From positions 1 to 64,000 of the IMG/VR virus record IMGVR_UViG_3300032092_000021: DNA of 64,000 bases, one strand, 5' to 3'. The notes under the pieces were generated by a model. That model was not told where the DNA came from and searched no databases. It worked only from the letters and a program-made list of their open reading frames with translations. The translations under genes were made by a program, and so were the position numbers. Below, one piece after another: positions 26,241 through 36,800 of this stretch (the stretch's first letter is position 1; the number at the start of each line of letters is the position of its first letter). This DNA is from a virus.

Positions 26241-27599
26241 ATGGCTTATTTTAATCATGCTTTTCACAAAGTGTTTTTAGCAACAAATGCTACTGACCCT
26301 TATAACACAGGTGCTGGAATTTTAGCTCGTAATCTTTTACCTGCTCAAGTTGGTTTTTATGCTGCTCCAAATAAAGGAGTAACTAACAACGCAACTCCAG
26401 ATGCTTTGGTTGTTCCTGGTGCTAATGACTGTCCACTTGTTTTGGCGCAAGGTTCTATCTACGCTAGCGACAAAATTGGTCCTTTCCACGGAGGATACAG
26501 AGAAACTTCAAAATCAAAAATCATCAATCCTAAGTATGTAACAGGATTTTGGAGAGTTAATGCTTGTGGTATTCGTCAAGAGTCTATTTCTGTTGGAACA
26601 ACCTTTGACACTACTACTGCAACAACTATTTCTCCTTGCACTGAGGGTGCTGATTTTGAATTTCAATGTGGGGAGACCTACTACCTTCGTGTAGACCTTA
26701 AAGGTGCTCCTAACCTTCGTTACCTTTCTAGAAATAACTATCTTACAGCTAGTGCTTACACTGGTTGCTGCGATGCAAATAATACTCCAGCTAATCCTTT
26801 GCTTGTTTATATTAACTGGGCATATCAGTTGTTGAATTCTCCTTTGACGAATCCTTTTATCAGAATTAAAATTCAATACGGTGCTGCTGGTGCTAATACT
26901 TTGAATCCTGCAGGATTGGTAACAGCTAACTGGTTTACATCTGCTGCTGCTGACTTGCAAATTTTGAATAACTACATTACCGGAGCACTTGCTATTCCTG
27001 GCGCAACTATTGCTGGATTTATCATTCAGGGTGCTTATGTAGATACTCAGTTTGGTGATTGTACTTTCTACCCAAATGATGCTTTGCAAGCTTACTTGGA
27101 GCCTGTTAAGTTGTATGCATCTATGGTTGACTACAATGGTGATCCATGTGCATTTACAGGTATTTGCGTAAGAAATAGCTGTCTTGGTCGTCAAGGTATG
27201 GGTTATGGTGAAAGCATTGTTCGTCGCTTGATTTTGTCAGAAGGATATGCTCAGTCTCCTTTCTATACTGGACGTGATCTTCGTATTCGTGAGATTACTC
27301 AAGGTTACAATGTTACTGATGCAATTGACCGCGGACTTGCTACTACTGCTCAATACGACAGCGTATTTATTCAGCATAGCGTTCCACGTTTCAACAATCC
27401 TACTGGTACATTTGATAATGATCAGTATTTGTTGGAAATTGTATTCCCAACAGGTAGCGCCAGCGCTACTGAGTTTTGCACTAACGTAGGAACTTGGATA
27501 AGTGATAATGGAGGTGCTTGTATTCTTGAAGCAGGTAGTGCAGAGGTTTATGCTTGTGAAGCTAACTCTGCTATATGTGGCAATGCAGCTTTGTCTTAA
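26241..27599 (+). CDS. Abundant structural protein (auxiliary capsid protein-like)
   Basis: 452 aa; SKIINPK and YYLRVD motifs; crAss-like gene order; own terminator. Confidence 0.6.
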   Translation: MAYFNHAFHKVFLATNATDPYNTGAGILARNLLPAQVGFYAAPNKGVTNNATPDALVVPGANDCPLVLAQGSIYASDKIGPFHGGYRETSKSKIINPKYVTGFWRVNACGIRQESISVGTTFDTTTATTISPCTEGADFEFQCGETYYLRVDLKGAPNLRYLSRNNYLTASAYTGCCDANNTPANPLLVYINWAYQLLNSPLTNPFIRIKIQYGAAGANTLNPAGLVTANWFTSAAADLQILNNYITGALAIPGATIAGFIIQGAYVDTQFGDCTFYPNDALQAYLEPVKLYASMVDYNGDPCAFTGICVRNSCLGRQGMGYGESIVRRLILSEGYAQSPFYTGRDLRIREITQGYNVTDAIDRGLATTAQYDSVFIQHSVPRFNNPTGTFDNDQYLLEIVFPTGSASATEFCTNVGTWISDNGGACILEAGSAEVYACEANSAICGNAALS

Positions 27600-27614
27600 T
27601 ATTTGACTAATAAT

Positions 27615-27651
27615 AAAAAGGGAGAGGGAGTTATACTCTCCTCTCCTTTTT
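27615..27651 (+). terminator. Intrinsic terminator
   Basis: AAAAAGGGAGAGGGAG-ttata-CTCTCCTCTCCTTTTT. Confidence 0.75.
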
Positions 27652-27664
27652 AATTTATATACAC

Positions 27665-28225
27665 ATGGAGAAACATCAGTTAGCTTTAGATATTCCTGAT
27701 ACCTTATCAGGTTGCATATTCCGAGTAGTTGACGCTAGTATTTATAGCTCAGCTGGAGTAGTAGATTGTACCAGATTGGATATAACTCCTCCTGGTTTTA
27801 CATCTCCTTTTTATGCGTCTAACCTAGAGACAGGGTTTATTGCAAATCTTACCGCTTGCAATGTAGGACTTCAAACAGCTAACTGTGGGAATACCTATAA
27901 TGACTTTGTAGATGGTGTCTATAATGTAAAGTATAGCATCAATAACAGCACTGAGGTTTATGTTGAGTATAATCATTTGAGAATTACTTCTGCATTAAAC
28001 CAGATAAATGATCTACTTTGTTGTTTAAATTTGCAAGCATGTGACCCACAAGGTCCTGTAAGAGATAAACTAAGAGAAGTTCAATTGCTTGATACTTTTT
28101 TGAAAGCAGCTAAAGCAAAAGTAGAATACTGCAACAGTATAGACCAGGGTATGGATATGTACAGATATGTAGTAAAGAAATTAAACAAACTTGCTTGTGG
28201 CTGCGGTTGTTCATCATGTAACTAA
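27665..28225 (+). CDS. Conserved structural (tail hub/ring-associated) protein
   Basis: D.S.Y, ITPPG and DGVY..KY motifs; Cys-rich end. Confidence 0.6.
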   Translation: MEKHQLALDIPDTLSGCIFRVVDASIYSSAGVVDCTRLDITPPGFTSPFYASNLETGFIANLTACNVGLQTANCGNTYNDFVDGVYNVKYSINNSTEVYVEYNHLRITSALNQINDLLCCLNLQACDPQGPVRDKLREVQLLDTFLKAAKAKVEYCNSIDQGMDMYRYVVKKLNKLACGCGCSSCN

Positions 28226-28240
28226 TTAAACCAATATATT

Positions 28241-28393
28241 ATGTCACAGTGTCCAAATTGCGGAGCAGCTATGAGCTGCGGATGTCAAAAGAAAGTACTT
28301 CCTAATGGAAAAATAGGATGTGCTAAATGTTATAACCCAGCACCTGCTGCAACACAAACCACAACTGAAAAAATTGATAACACCAGCTCATAA
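28241..28393 (+). CDS. Small metallothionein-like Cys-rich protein (50 aa, MSQCPNCGAAMSCGCQKK...GCAKC)
   Basis: Manually translated; TAATG coupling to the next gene. Confidence 0.72.
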   Translation: MSQCPNCGAAMSCGCQKKVLPNGKIGCAKCYNPAPAATQTTTEKIDNTSS

Positions 28394-30333
28394 TGGCACT
28401 TATCTATAAATTAGAATCCTGTTATCCCGATTTAAATGATGACATGTACACGTCATCAAATTTGTCGGCTTACTTAAATAAGTATATAAATATTTGTGGT
28501 GGGTGCTATAAGGTTTTACCGGCATCGGGAAATCCCTTTTTGTACATCATTGAATATACAGGAGCTGATTATGATACTTGTCAAGAGTGTTATGGGAATT
28601 CTATAGATGCCGATTGTGATGAGTGTCCTCCTTCTTATACAAAGTTTGCATTAGAAAATGGAGATGCTGCTTGCAGAAATTCAGAATTTTGTGAGATAGG
28701 TTCTGAGGAACCACTACCAGGTCAAGCTGATTGTGGTAAAATTGACTTCTTTTTCTACCTAGATAACTCAGGAAGTATTTCAGATCCTAACTGGGTTGTA
28801 ATGCTGAATGGTGTAATTTCAGCAATTGATACATTTAATGCTCAAAATCAGTTTGCAAATGGCAGTCTGAGAATGGGGATTAGCTGGTTTAATAGCTGTA
28901 ATCGGATTGCTATTGCACAAGAACTAACAGGTGATTATCTTACGGTAAAGTCTACGGCGGAAAATCTTAGAGATAATAGACCTACTCAAGGAAGCACTTT
29001 TCCATATTACGGTTTTATTCTTACATACGATCATATTACAGACACCGCGTATGGAAGAGATGATGCCGATAAAATAGTATCTTTTGTTTCTGATGGTGGT
29101 TATGGTGAATGTCCTGGTACAACGCTGCAACCTCTAATAGATCAAATGAAAGCGGGGACATATTCTGGACCCGAAGCACCTTTTCCTATTTTTCCTTCAG
29201 GAACAGCAACGTGCTGTGCAAATACTACACCTTTTGAGATAAGATTTATTTCTGTAGGTATAGGTAGCGGTATTAGTCAGCCTCAGTTGCAAGCTATTGC
29301 TAGCTCACCTAATGGTTTAGGGCAAGGTAATTTTTATATAGCAGATACTTTTGAGGACTTTACTCCTATTGCGCAAGATATTGCTAATAGTCTTGTTTGT
29401 CTAAATCCATTACCTACAGTAGCTCCTGGATACAGTGTTGTTCCTGTCGGTGAATGTTGCTATAGACTAACAAATTGTGAAACGGGTATTCAGATATATT
29501 CCAATAGCGATTTAGCTCAATATGTTGGACAGACTGTAAATATTAGTGGGCAGGATGGATGTTTTACAGTAGTACTTACAGACCTTACGTGTGAGAATGC
29601 GCAGGAGGTAACTATAACTAATACTTACGGTAGCTGCGAAGTATGTTTACCATCATATAAGCTTTATAACTGTAAAGACCTAAGCGTAACTCTTCAAACA
29701 GCTAATGTACAATTTGAGACACTTTTAGGAAAAACTGTAAAGCTTGTTGAGTATCCTGTTGACTGTTGGCAAGTGGGACCTAATGAACAAAAAACATTAC
29801 CACTTCAATCACTTACTCCAAGCGGTCAACCTTTTGAAACATGTATACAATGTGATCCTGAAGAATTTGGTTTAAAAAACTGTGTCAACGGGGTATCTGT
29901 ATTAACTACAGTTGATCTTTCAGCCTATATAGGAAAGGTGATTAAAGTAGACAATTTCCCAGGACTTTGTTTTACAGTAGACGATAATCCATGTGATTGC
30001 TTAGAGATAAGACTTAACAATCAAGTTTATAGTATTAACAGAGAAGCTAATCTTTTTAACGGCAGACCTTACTTTCAGTTTTCGACTATAAATAATCTGC
30101 CTATTGTTATAGCATACGATAGTTCTCAAAACAGATGGGAAGCATATAATCCAGTTACTCAAGATATTTATTTTTATTCTAACTTAGATATAGAATGTCC
30201 TACGACAAGTTTGTGGATAAAGTTAGATCCAAGTTTTCCTGGAAATATTACTACACAAATCTGCCCATTGCCTATATTGAATATATCACCAACAGAAGAA
30301 TTTAATGACTGTGAGTGTTGTGTAAATTGTTAA
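28393..30333 (+). CDS. Cys-rich virion protein with von Willebrand A domain
   Basis: MIDAS motif LDNSGS, GST, VSDG; four Y.L.NC repeats. Confidence 0.8.
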   Translation: MALIYKLESCYPDLNDDMYTSSNLSAYLNKYINICGGCYKVLPASGNPFLYIIEYTGADYDTCQECYGNSIDADCDECPPSYTKFALENGDAACRNSEFCEIGSEEPLPGQADCGKIDFFFYLDNSGSISDPNWVVMLNGVISAIDTFNAQNQFANGSLRMGISWFNSCNRIAIAQELTGDYLTVKSTAENLRDNRPTQGSTFPYYGFILTYDHITDTAYGRDDADKIVSFVSDGGYGECPGTTLQPLIDQMKAGTYSGPEAPFPIFPSGTATCCANTTPFEIRFISVGIGSGISQPQLQAIASSPNGLGQGNFYIADTFEDFTPIAQDIANSLVCLNPLPTVAPGYSVVPVGECCYRLTNCETGIQIYSNSDLAQYVGQTVNISGQDGCFTVVLTDLTCENAQEVTITNTYGSCEVCLPSYKLYNCKDLSVTLQTANVQFETLLGKTVKLVEYPVDCWQVGPNEQKTLPLQSLTPSGQPFETCIQCDPEEFGLKNCVNGVSVLTTVDLSAYIGKVIKVDNFPGLCFTVDDNPCDCLEIRLNNQVYSINREANLFNGRPYFQFSTINNLPIVIAYDSSQNRWEAYNPVTQDIYFYSNLDIECPTTSLWIKLDPSFPGNITTQICPLPILNISPTEEFNDCECCVNC

Positions 30334-30343
30334 AATAAAAGAA

Positions 30344-31546
30344 ATGACTACTTCCTGTATATGCGTAACTCTAAATAGTTGTTTAACGGGATTACCTGTT
30401 TACTATTATACGTGTAAGCAGTCGTCTCAACAAACTGTTTTTATTACGGGATTAGCTCAGGGTCAGTTAATTGAAATTAATGATGCAGCTAACTTTCCTG
30501 AGACGTATTATACTTTCCAAAGTTTTTGCACAATACCCGGCGTAATATCTAATGCATGTAGAGCATGTACCGATTCACCTAATCAAATAGAAGATGACGC
30601 AGGACTCTCTATAAGCTTTTGGAGTAAGTCTAATGAAGCAACATGCCCAACCGATAACGCATTTAATGATGTGTATGTGCTTACTAATTGCTTAGCTAAT
30701 GTAATAGTTAATAACAGTAATGTAGATTCTATTCAAAACTCCCCGTTGCTAGCTTTAGTTACATCTAGTGATCTGTATCTGTATACAGATATGATTGTTA
30801 AGCTTGACGGGTATGATGATAATTGCTATAAGGTTTCTGGTCCATTTACACCTGGCGAGGGTGCCTCACTAAGACCTACTTATACAATAGTAAATGCGTA
30901 TAGTACTTGTGAGTGCTGTCTACCTTTTCCAGCAGAACCTAGTTGTTGTGAGATACCTAAGTATACACAGAAACCTGCAAAAGATTTCTTTAGAATAACA
31001 GTATCTGATGCTGAGATTAAGGCAAACACAAACTTTGCAAACAACTACTATAAGTTGTTTATGGGTATAAAGCACGGAGTTCACAGCTGTTGCACAGGTA
31101 TAGACTATGATCAACTCTGGATAAATAAAGAGATAAGTGATCTAGAAAGTATTAACTATAGTACTTGTGAGGTGATTCTTCCTACTCTATGTCTGTTTGT
31201 TACTGGAAATGATATCTGTGGATCTCAGGTTGCAACTTATAATGACTTTATCAATGGTAAATGGTCATTTAAGTTTACCCGTGAAACAGGTATAAATGGT
31301 ATCATTTATTGGGACATTCAAAACAGTTATTGGGTAATTGTTAATGAGGATACAGGTGTTATAGCAGCTAAGTTGTTGATAAACAGTGATTATCCTATTG
31401 GTACAAATGATCAATGGGTTGTTGTAAATAAGTCAGCGTGTTTGTCACCTGACTGCGGGTTATCTACATGGACAGTAGATTGTTCTTACTATGATGCAGA
31501 TCCATGCGATAATTGTAACGAACCTGAAAATGTAGTAGCAGAATAA
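30344..31546 (+). CDS. Cys-rich virion protein
   Basis: Shares the Y.L.NC repeat and the NG.....F...W domain with the upstream gene. Confidence 0.7.
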   Translation: MTTSCICVTLNSCLTGLPVYYYTCKQSSQQTVFITGLAQGQLIEINDAANFPETYYTFQSFCTIPGVISNACRACTDSPNQIEDDAGLSISFWSKSNEATCPTDNAFNDVYVLTNCLANVIVNNSNVDSIQNSPLLALVTSSDLYLYTDMIVKLDGYDDNCYKVSGPFTPGEGASLRPTYTIVNAYSTCECCLPFPAEPSCCEIPKYTQKPAKDFFRITVSDAEIKANTNFANNYYKLFMGIKHGVHSCCTGIDYDQLWINKEISDLESINYSTCEVILPTLCLFVTGNDICGSQVATYNDFINGKWSFKFTRETGINGIIYWDIQNSYWVIVNEDTGVIAAKLLINSDYPIGTNDQWVVVNKSACLSPDCGLSTWTVDCSYYDADPCDNCNEPENVVAE

Positions 31547-31570
31547 AAAAATAATTAGTATATTAAAGAT

Positions 31571-33205
31571 ATGGCAGTTCCTATTAAATCAAACAACACG
31601 CAGCAGGGATGTAATCCCATTTCATCTAACTGCGTTGTATGGCAAGGACCAGATATTCCATGCATTAACTTATGCACTGGGGATTCTGTTAGCGACGTTG
31701 TTGCTAAGATGGCAACAGAGTTATGCGAGATAGCGGATCAACTAGATATTAGTCTTTTAGATCTATCTTGTTTTAACCCGCTATGTCCAACTCCACAGAA
31801 CTTTAGGGATGTAATGCAAATCATTATTGATAAGATTTGCGCATTAGAAAACGGAACTACTACTGATGGTGTTAATACTTCAGGTTGTCCGTCTGATTGT
31901 GAGATAGCGGTAGCACCGTGTCTTCAGTACACTGACTTTCTTGGAAACACTGTTGTAAGTTTACCTATTAAGGATTATGTAATTCTGATTGGCAATAGAA
32001 TTTGTACAATACTTACTAGTATTGCTAATCTTCAGACACAGATTGATAGCCTTGATACAAGAGTTACAAATCTTGAAAATGGTTCTGGTGGTGGTAGTGG
32101 GTCTTCGTTTAATGTAACAAGTCAATGTGTTACTAATGGGTCCGTTACTCTAGCAGAGTATATACCACTTTTAGATGCAGCATTTTGTGAGTTACAAGGA
32201 AACTTTGGATCTCAGCAAGATTATCTTAATGCTTCTTCAGTAGCTGCTTGTGTTACTACAAACAGTGTTCAGATGACAAATCCTCCACAACTTGTTGGAG
32301 CTTTACAGGGATGGTTACCATCTCCACAAAGTGCTATGCAGCAAATTCAAAATTTGTGGGTTGCCATCTGTGATATTAGAACAGGACTTACTAATCTTCA
32401 AGATCAATTGACTGAGTGTTGTGCACCAGAAGCAGCTTGTCCCACAACTCTACCTAGACCTACTGTATATGTAAATAAAACCACTCCTGATGATTTCTTG
32501 TATTTCAGAGTTTCTGGAAATACAAATCCAGCAAATACTGGAATTGTTCTTGCTGATGGTAGCCAGTGGGCACTCGTAAGATTTGAAGGTACAGTTACAC
32601 CATCATTTAATGGAAGTAGTCAAAGCATAACGCAGAATATACCAAATCCATCACTTTCTAGCAATATTGTTGATTACACTGGTAGCGAGAATCTTGCTAA
32701 TAGATTCTTGAATGTTCCTGGAGCATCTATTTCTTTAGTTGTTTCAGTTGTTGGAACATTCTTCTATAGAAATCTTACTACAAATCAAGAATGTAGTGTG
32801 TCAGCAGCAAATAATGCAAACATACCTAACCAAAGTATTGCTACTTGTCCACTCTTACCTGGTCAAGCCAATCAACAATTTAATGTTACACCTGTAACTA
32901 TTACTTGTAATAATCCACAAGGTTCATCAATTACAGTATCATTAGGTGTGTTCCCGCCTGTAACAGCTCCAGGTGTAACAAATGCTAACACGCTTGTAAA
33001 TATTACTTATAATAGTACAGCTACAGGTACACAAGTTACAATACCTTACTCATTTAGCAACGGTGGCAGCATTGCTCTTAATAATATTGCATGTAACTCA
33101 AGTGTGACATTTAATGCGATTAGTACTACACAAAATGGTCAAACGGTTCAGTGTGCTAACTCTAGTTCAATACCTATTCCTCCGGACACAACACCATTGG
33201 GATAG
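31571..33205 (+). CDS. Cys-rich fibre protein with coiled-coil shaft
   Basis: N-terminal SSNCVVW.GPDI motif; heptads LQTQIDSLDTRVTNLE. Confidence 0.7.
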   Translation: MAVPIKSNNTQQGCNPISSNCVVWQGPDIPCINLCTGDSVSDVVAKMATELCEIADQLDISLLDLSCFNPLCPTPQNFRDVMQIIIDKICALENGTTTDGVNTSGCPSDCEIAVAPCLQYTDFLGNTVVSLPIKDYVILIGNRICTILTSIANLQTQIDSLDTRVTNLENGSGGGSGSSFNVTSQCVTNGSVTLAEYIPLLDAAFCELQGNFGSQQDYLNASSVAACVTTNSVQMTNPPQLVGALQGWLPSPQSAMQQIQNLWVAICDIRTGLTNLQDQLTECCAPEAACPTTLPRPTVYVNKTTPDDFLYFRVSGNTNPANTGIVLADGSQWALVRFEGTVTPSFNGSSQSITQNIPNPSLSSNIVDYTGSENLANRFLNVPGASISLVVSVVGTFFYRNLTTNQECSVSAANNANIPNQSIATCPLLPGQANQQFNVTPVTITCNNPQGSSITVSLGVFPPVTAPGVTNANTLVNITYNSTATGTQVTIPYSFSNGGSIALNNIACNSSVTFNAISTTQNGQTVQCANSSSIPIPPDTTPLG

Positions 33206-33258
33206 ATCCGTCACCATAAGCATTTAAACTTATAAAATAGTAATTAAAAAGATATACA

Positions 33259-33816
33259 ATGGCTTGCTCAAATAATACAAGTACTAGCACAAATGGTGGA
33301 TGCGGATGTGGATGTACTCCTGCTACTCAGGTAGCGCCTGCGTGTGCACCAAAATGCGCGTCATCGGTTGCAGGAAACTGCATGGAGTATGTCAATGCTG
33401 CATGTACTGTAATGAATGATAGCATACTAGAGTATAGCATTCAGAAAGGTGATACAATAGAATCGGTTCTTCAAAGACTTGTTCTTGCTATTACTAACCC
33501 GGGATGTGTTACAGCAAATGGTATATCATATTCTCCGATTCCTTTACAAAGTACAGCGACTACAAATTCTACTGTAAATATAACTTGGGGTGCATCTGAT
33601 GCTAATCCTAGTGGAGATCCTGCATATGAAGTTCAGTATAAAGTAAACGATCCTATTATAGGAACATGGACATCGCTTCCATTACAAAGTACTACTACAG
33701 CTACAATTACAGGATTACTTGCAATGACTTCTTATGAAATACGAGTAAGACCTGTATATCCAAATACACTTAATGGAAGTTGTTTTTCAGTAACTATAAT
33801 TGTAACTACCGCGTAA
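33259..33816 (+). CDS. Cys-rich virion protein with fibronectin type III domain
   Basis: T..SV.ITW...YEVQYK...W...ITGL...SYEIRVR FN3 signature. Confidence 0.8.
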   Translation: MACSNNTSTSTNGGCGCGCTPATQVAPACAPKCASSVAGNCMEYVNAACTVMNDSILEYSIQKGDTIESVLQRLVLAITNPGCVTANGISYSPIPLQSTATTNSTVNITWGASDANPSGDPAYEVQYKVNDPIIGTWTSLPLQSTTTATITGLLAMTSYEIRVRPVYPNTLNGSCFSVTIIVTTA

Positions 33817-33817
33817 T

Positions 33818-36800
33818 ATGGCGTTCACCGCACAACAAATTGCCGCATTAAATCCCACCAAGTATGCCGCTGGTGATTATGGTAGCGTAACTTTAAATGG
33901 TGTTGACTATCCTACTCTTGATATAGGAAATTTAACAGTAACATGCGGAAACTTTACTGTAACAACCCTTGCTGGTATTCTTCCTGGAATTACACATTGC
34001 ATTAATGGGACACAGTGGGCAAGTGCAGCTGCTTCTAATACTCCTGCGTGTGCTTTTGTTGATCCTGTTGCAGGCGGTAATGGAAGTATTGTTAGTGATA
34101 TGTCTTTATCCCAGTCAGGGACATATAGTACTAAAGTTGTTAGAGGTTTACTTTTTAATTACCATGCTATTGCGGTAATTAATGCTTATCTAGCTACTCA
34201 AGCTGGTAACTGGAGAGTACTTACAGAGTGTGACGCTAAGCATATGAAAAACGCTTGGTCATATCCTGCTGGAGGTGGTTATGGTGGTTGTTCGGGTACT
34301 ACTCGTTTTAATGCTATTGGTGTATCATCAGGTAATGTAGCAGGCAATACACCTGATAGATGTGCAAATACAGGTACAGTTACTGACTCAACTGGTTTAG
34401 GTGCAGCTTTATTTACTAAGCTTGCTATGCCTAATGTAAATGCACCTAACGCTGCTATTACTAATAATAGCGGCTATAGTTTAGTGACAACTGGATTTAT
34501 TAATGCAGGCGGTACTACATCTGGTGCGGATAATGGAAATTATTGGACTAGTACACTTGCAGATAAACAATTCAGTCCGTCACTTAATGCTGCTAATAAT
34601 GCTTGGAGAGGTTTTGCTGGATATGGTGCTGGCACCACCAGAGAAACTTACATGGACCACATTCCAAGTGATACTAATGCAGGAGGTATAGATAGGGGAT
34701 ATGCTATAAGACTTTGTAGAACAAAGGTAACCCCTTATGCTTTTTCGGCTAGTCAAAATGTTCCTGCTGATACTGGAACTTTAGTACAAGGTCAGGCTAT
34801 AGTAGTAAATGTAGCTCTTGATACTAGTACTGTTACTAGTACTATCGCCTACACAAACAGTATGGGTACTTGGAGAATTAACAAGTGCCAAGATGTTGTA
34901 AATGGAGTTACTGCTAGAGCAGGTACTGATATTGATCCTCCTGGTTGGGATAAGTTATTAAGTCCTGATCCGGGTAGTGGTGGTCCTCCATTATCTGGTA
35001 ATATTTTAGTTAGATTCTCAGGTACTCCGGCAGCTGCAGGAACATTTACTTGGAATCTTCCTATAGGTTGTCAAACAATTTCAATAACTAGAACTGTAGA
35101 GGCTCCTGAACCTGATATATCAACATTAAACTGTGCAGGTGCAAATGGTACTCTTACTCAAGATATTATAGAGGGTATTGCTGTTTCTCCAGGTACTACA
35201 TTTACTGTAACTTATACTGGTGGTAACGGTATAGCATATCCCTTACAAACTTTTAACTCTACAGGAGTTACAGGTTTAGTTGCAACTCTTGCTGCTGGAA
35301 CTTTAAGTAATGGAAACGGATCTCTTACGTTTACTGTTACTGGAACTGCTTCAGCAGCTGGTACTGCTGTATTTCCTATAACATTTGCAGGAGCATCATG
35401 TAATGCAAATATTACAGTTGACCCAGATAATGGTACTATCACAGGATTGACAGGTTGTACTAATGCAACTTTAATTAACGGACCTCTTGTTGCAAATACT
35501 GCAGTTGCTCCGGGAACAAGTTTTACAATAAACTATCAGGGTAATAACGGTCTTACTTTTAACCCACAGACAGTTACGTCAACAGGTGTTACTGGATTGA
35601 CTGCAACTTTTGCTGGCGGTACTTTTCCTAGCGGTAATGGTACGTTTAGTTTTACTATTACAGGTACTCCTGTTGGTAGTGGTACTGCATCATTTGCGGT
35701 AAGTTTTCCTAGTCCAACTGGTGGAACAGTTACTTGTACTGTTACTTTAAATGTTGATCCAGACGGACCTGCTATTACAAGTTTAATATGCTCACCAACA
35801 AATCTAGTAGGTGGTCCTATTTTAGAAGGAATTGCAATATCAGGTGCATCATTTACAATATCATATAACGGTGGAAATGGTTTATCTTATTCTAGTCAAA
35901 CCATTACATCCACAGGTGTTACAGGAATAACAGCAACTCTTAGTGCAGGTACTTTAGCAAACGGTTCCGGGCAGCTTACATACAATCTTTCAGGAACACC
36001 TGCCGATAATGGTACTGCTGCGTTTCTTATAAGTTTTCCTACACCAACAGGAGGAACTACAACTTGTACAGTAATTGTACCTGTTACTCCGGTTGTTTTA
36101 CTAAGCTACATAGGTTGTGATAATGCAACTTATTCTCCGTCATCTCCACCATATACTATAGATACGCCAATATCAACCAACGTATCTATACCATATACCT
36201 CAACACAAGGTGGTATTCTTGCAGCAGTTTCATATACCTCATCAGGTGTAACGGGATTAACTCTTACGTTAAATTCTACTACGGTACAAGATAACGCTAA
36301 CGGAGTATTTACAGGAACTCTATCTGGAACACCAACTCAAACAGGAAATGCAGTATTTACAATATGTGTTGGTGGATATTTAGGTCAGGGGCAAACATGC
36401 TGCACACTGACAATACCTATAGAGATTCCTCCACCAACTATTGGTACACTAGAATGTCAAAATGCTAGCTTTAATGGACAGATTCAGTATCCTCAAAGTT
36501 ATAGTGTTGGGAATAATGTTACAATTATAATTCCATATACCGATGGAAACGGTGGAGCATATCCATATACTTCTGCTACATCCACTGGTGTAACTGGACT
36601 TACGATATATACCGGTCCTGGAAACTTTGCAGGATCACCATCACTTCCTCAGAATGGTACATTTACATTTACAGTAATAGGCACACCATCTGGTCCAGGA
36701 GTAGCTAACTTTACCATCAACATAGGTGGTCAGACTTGTGAGATTTCTTTAACTGTTACAAATTTACCGGGGACAGTAAATTCTTTAAATTGTACAGGAG

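Noticed and set aside
34500-34730. Diversity-generating retroelement variable region
   Set aside because: The fold is compatible, but no template repeat or reverse transcriptase is present in the window.
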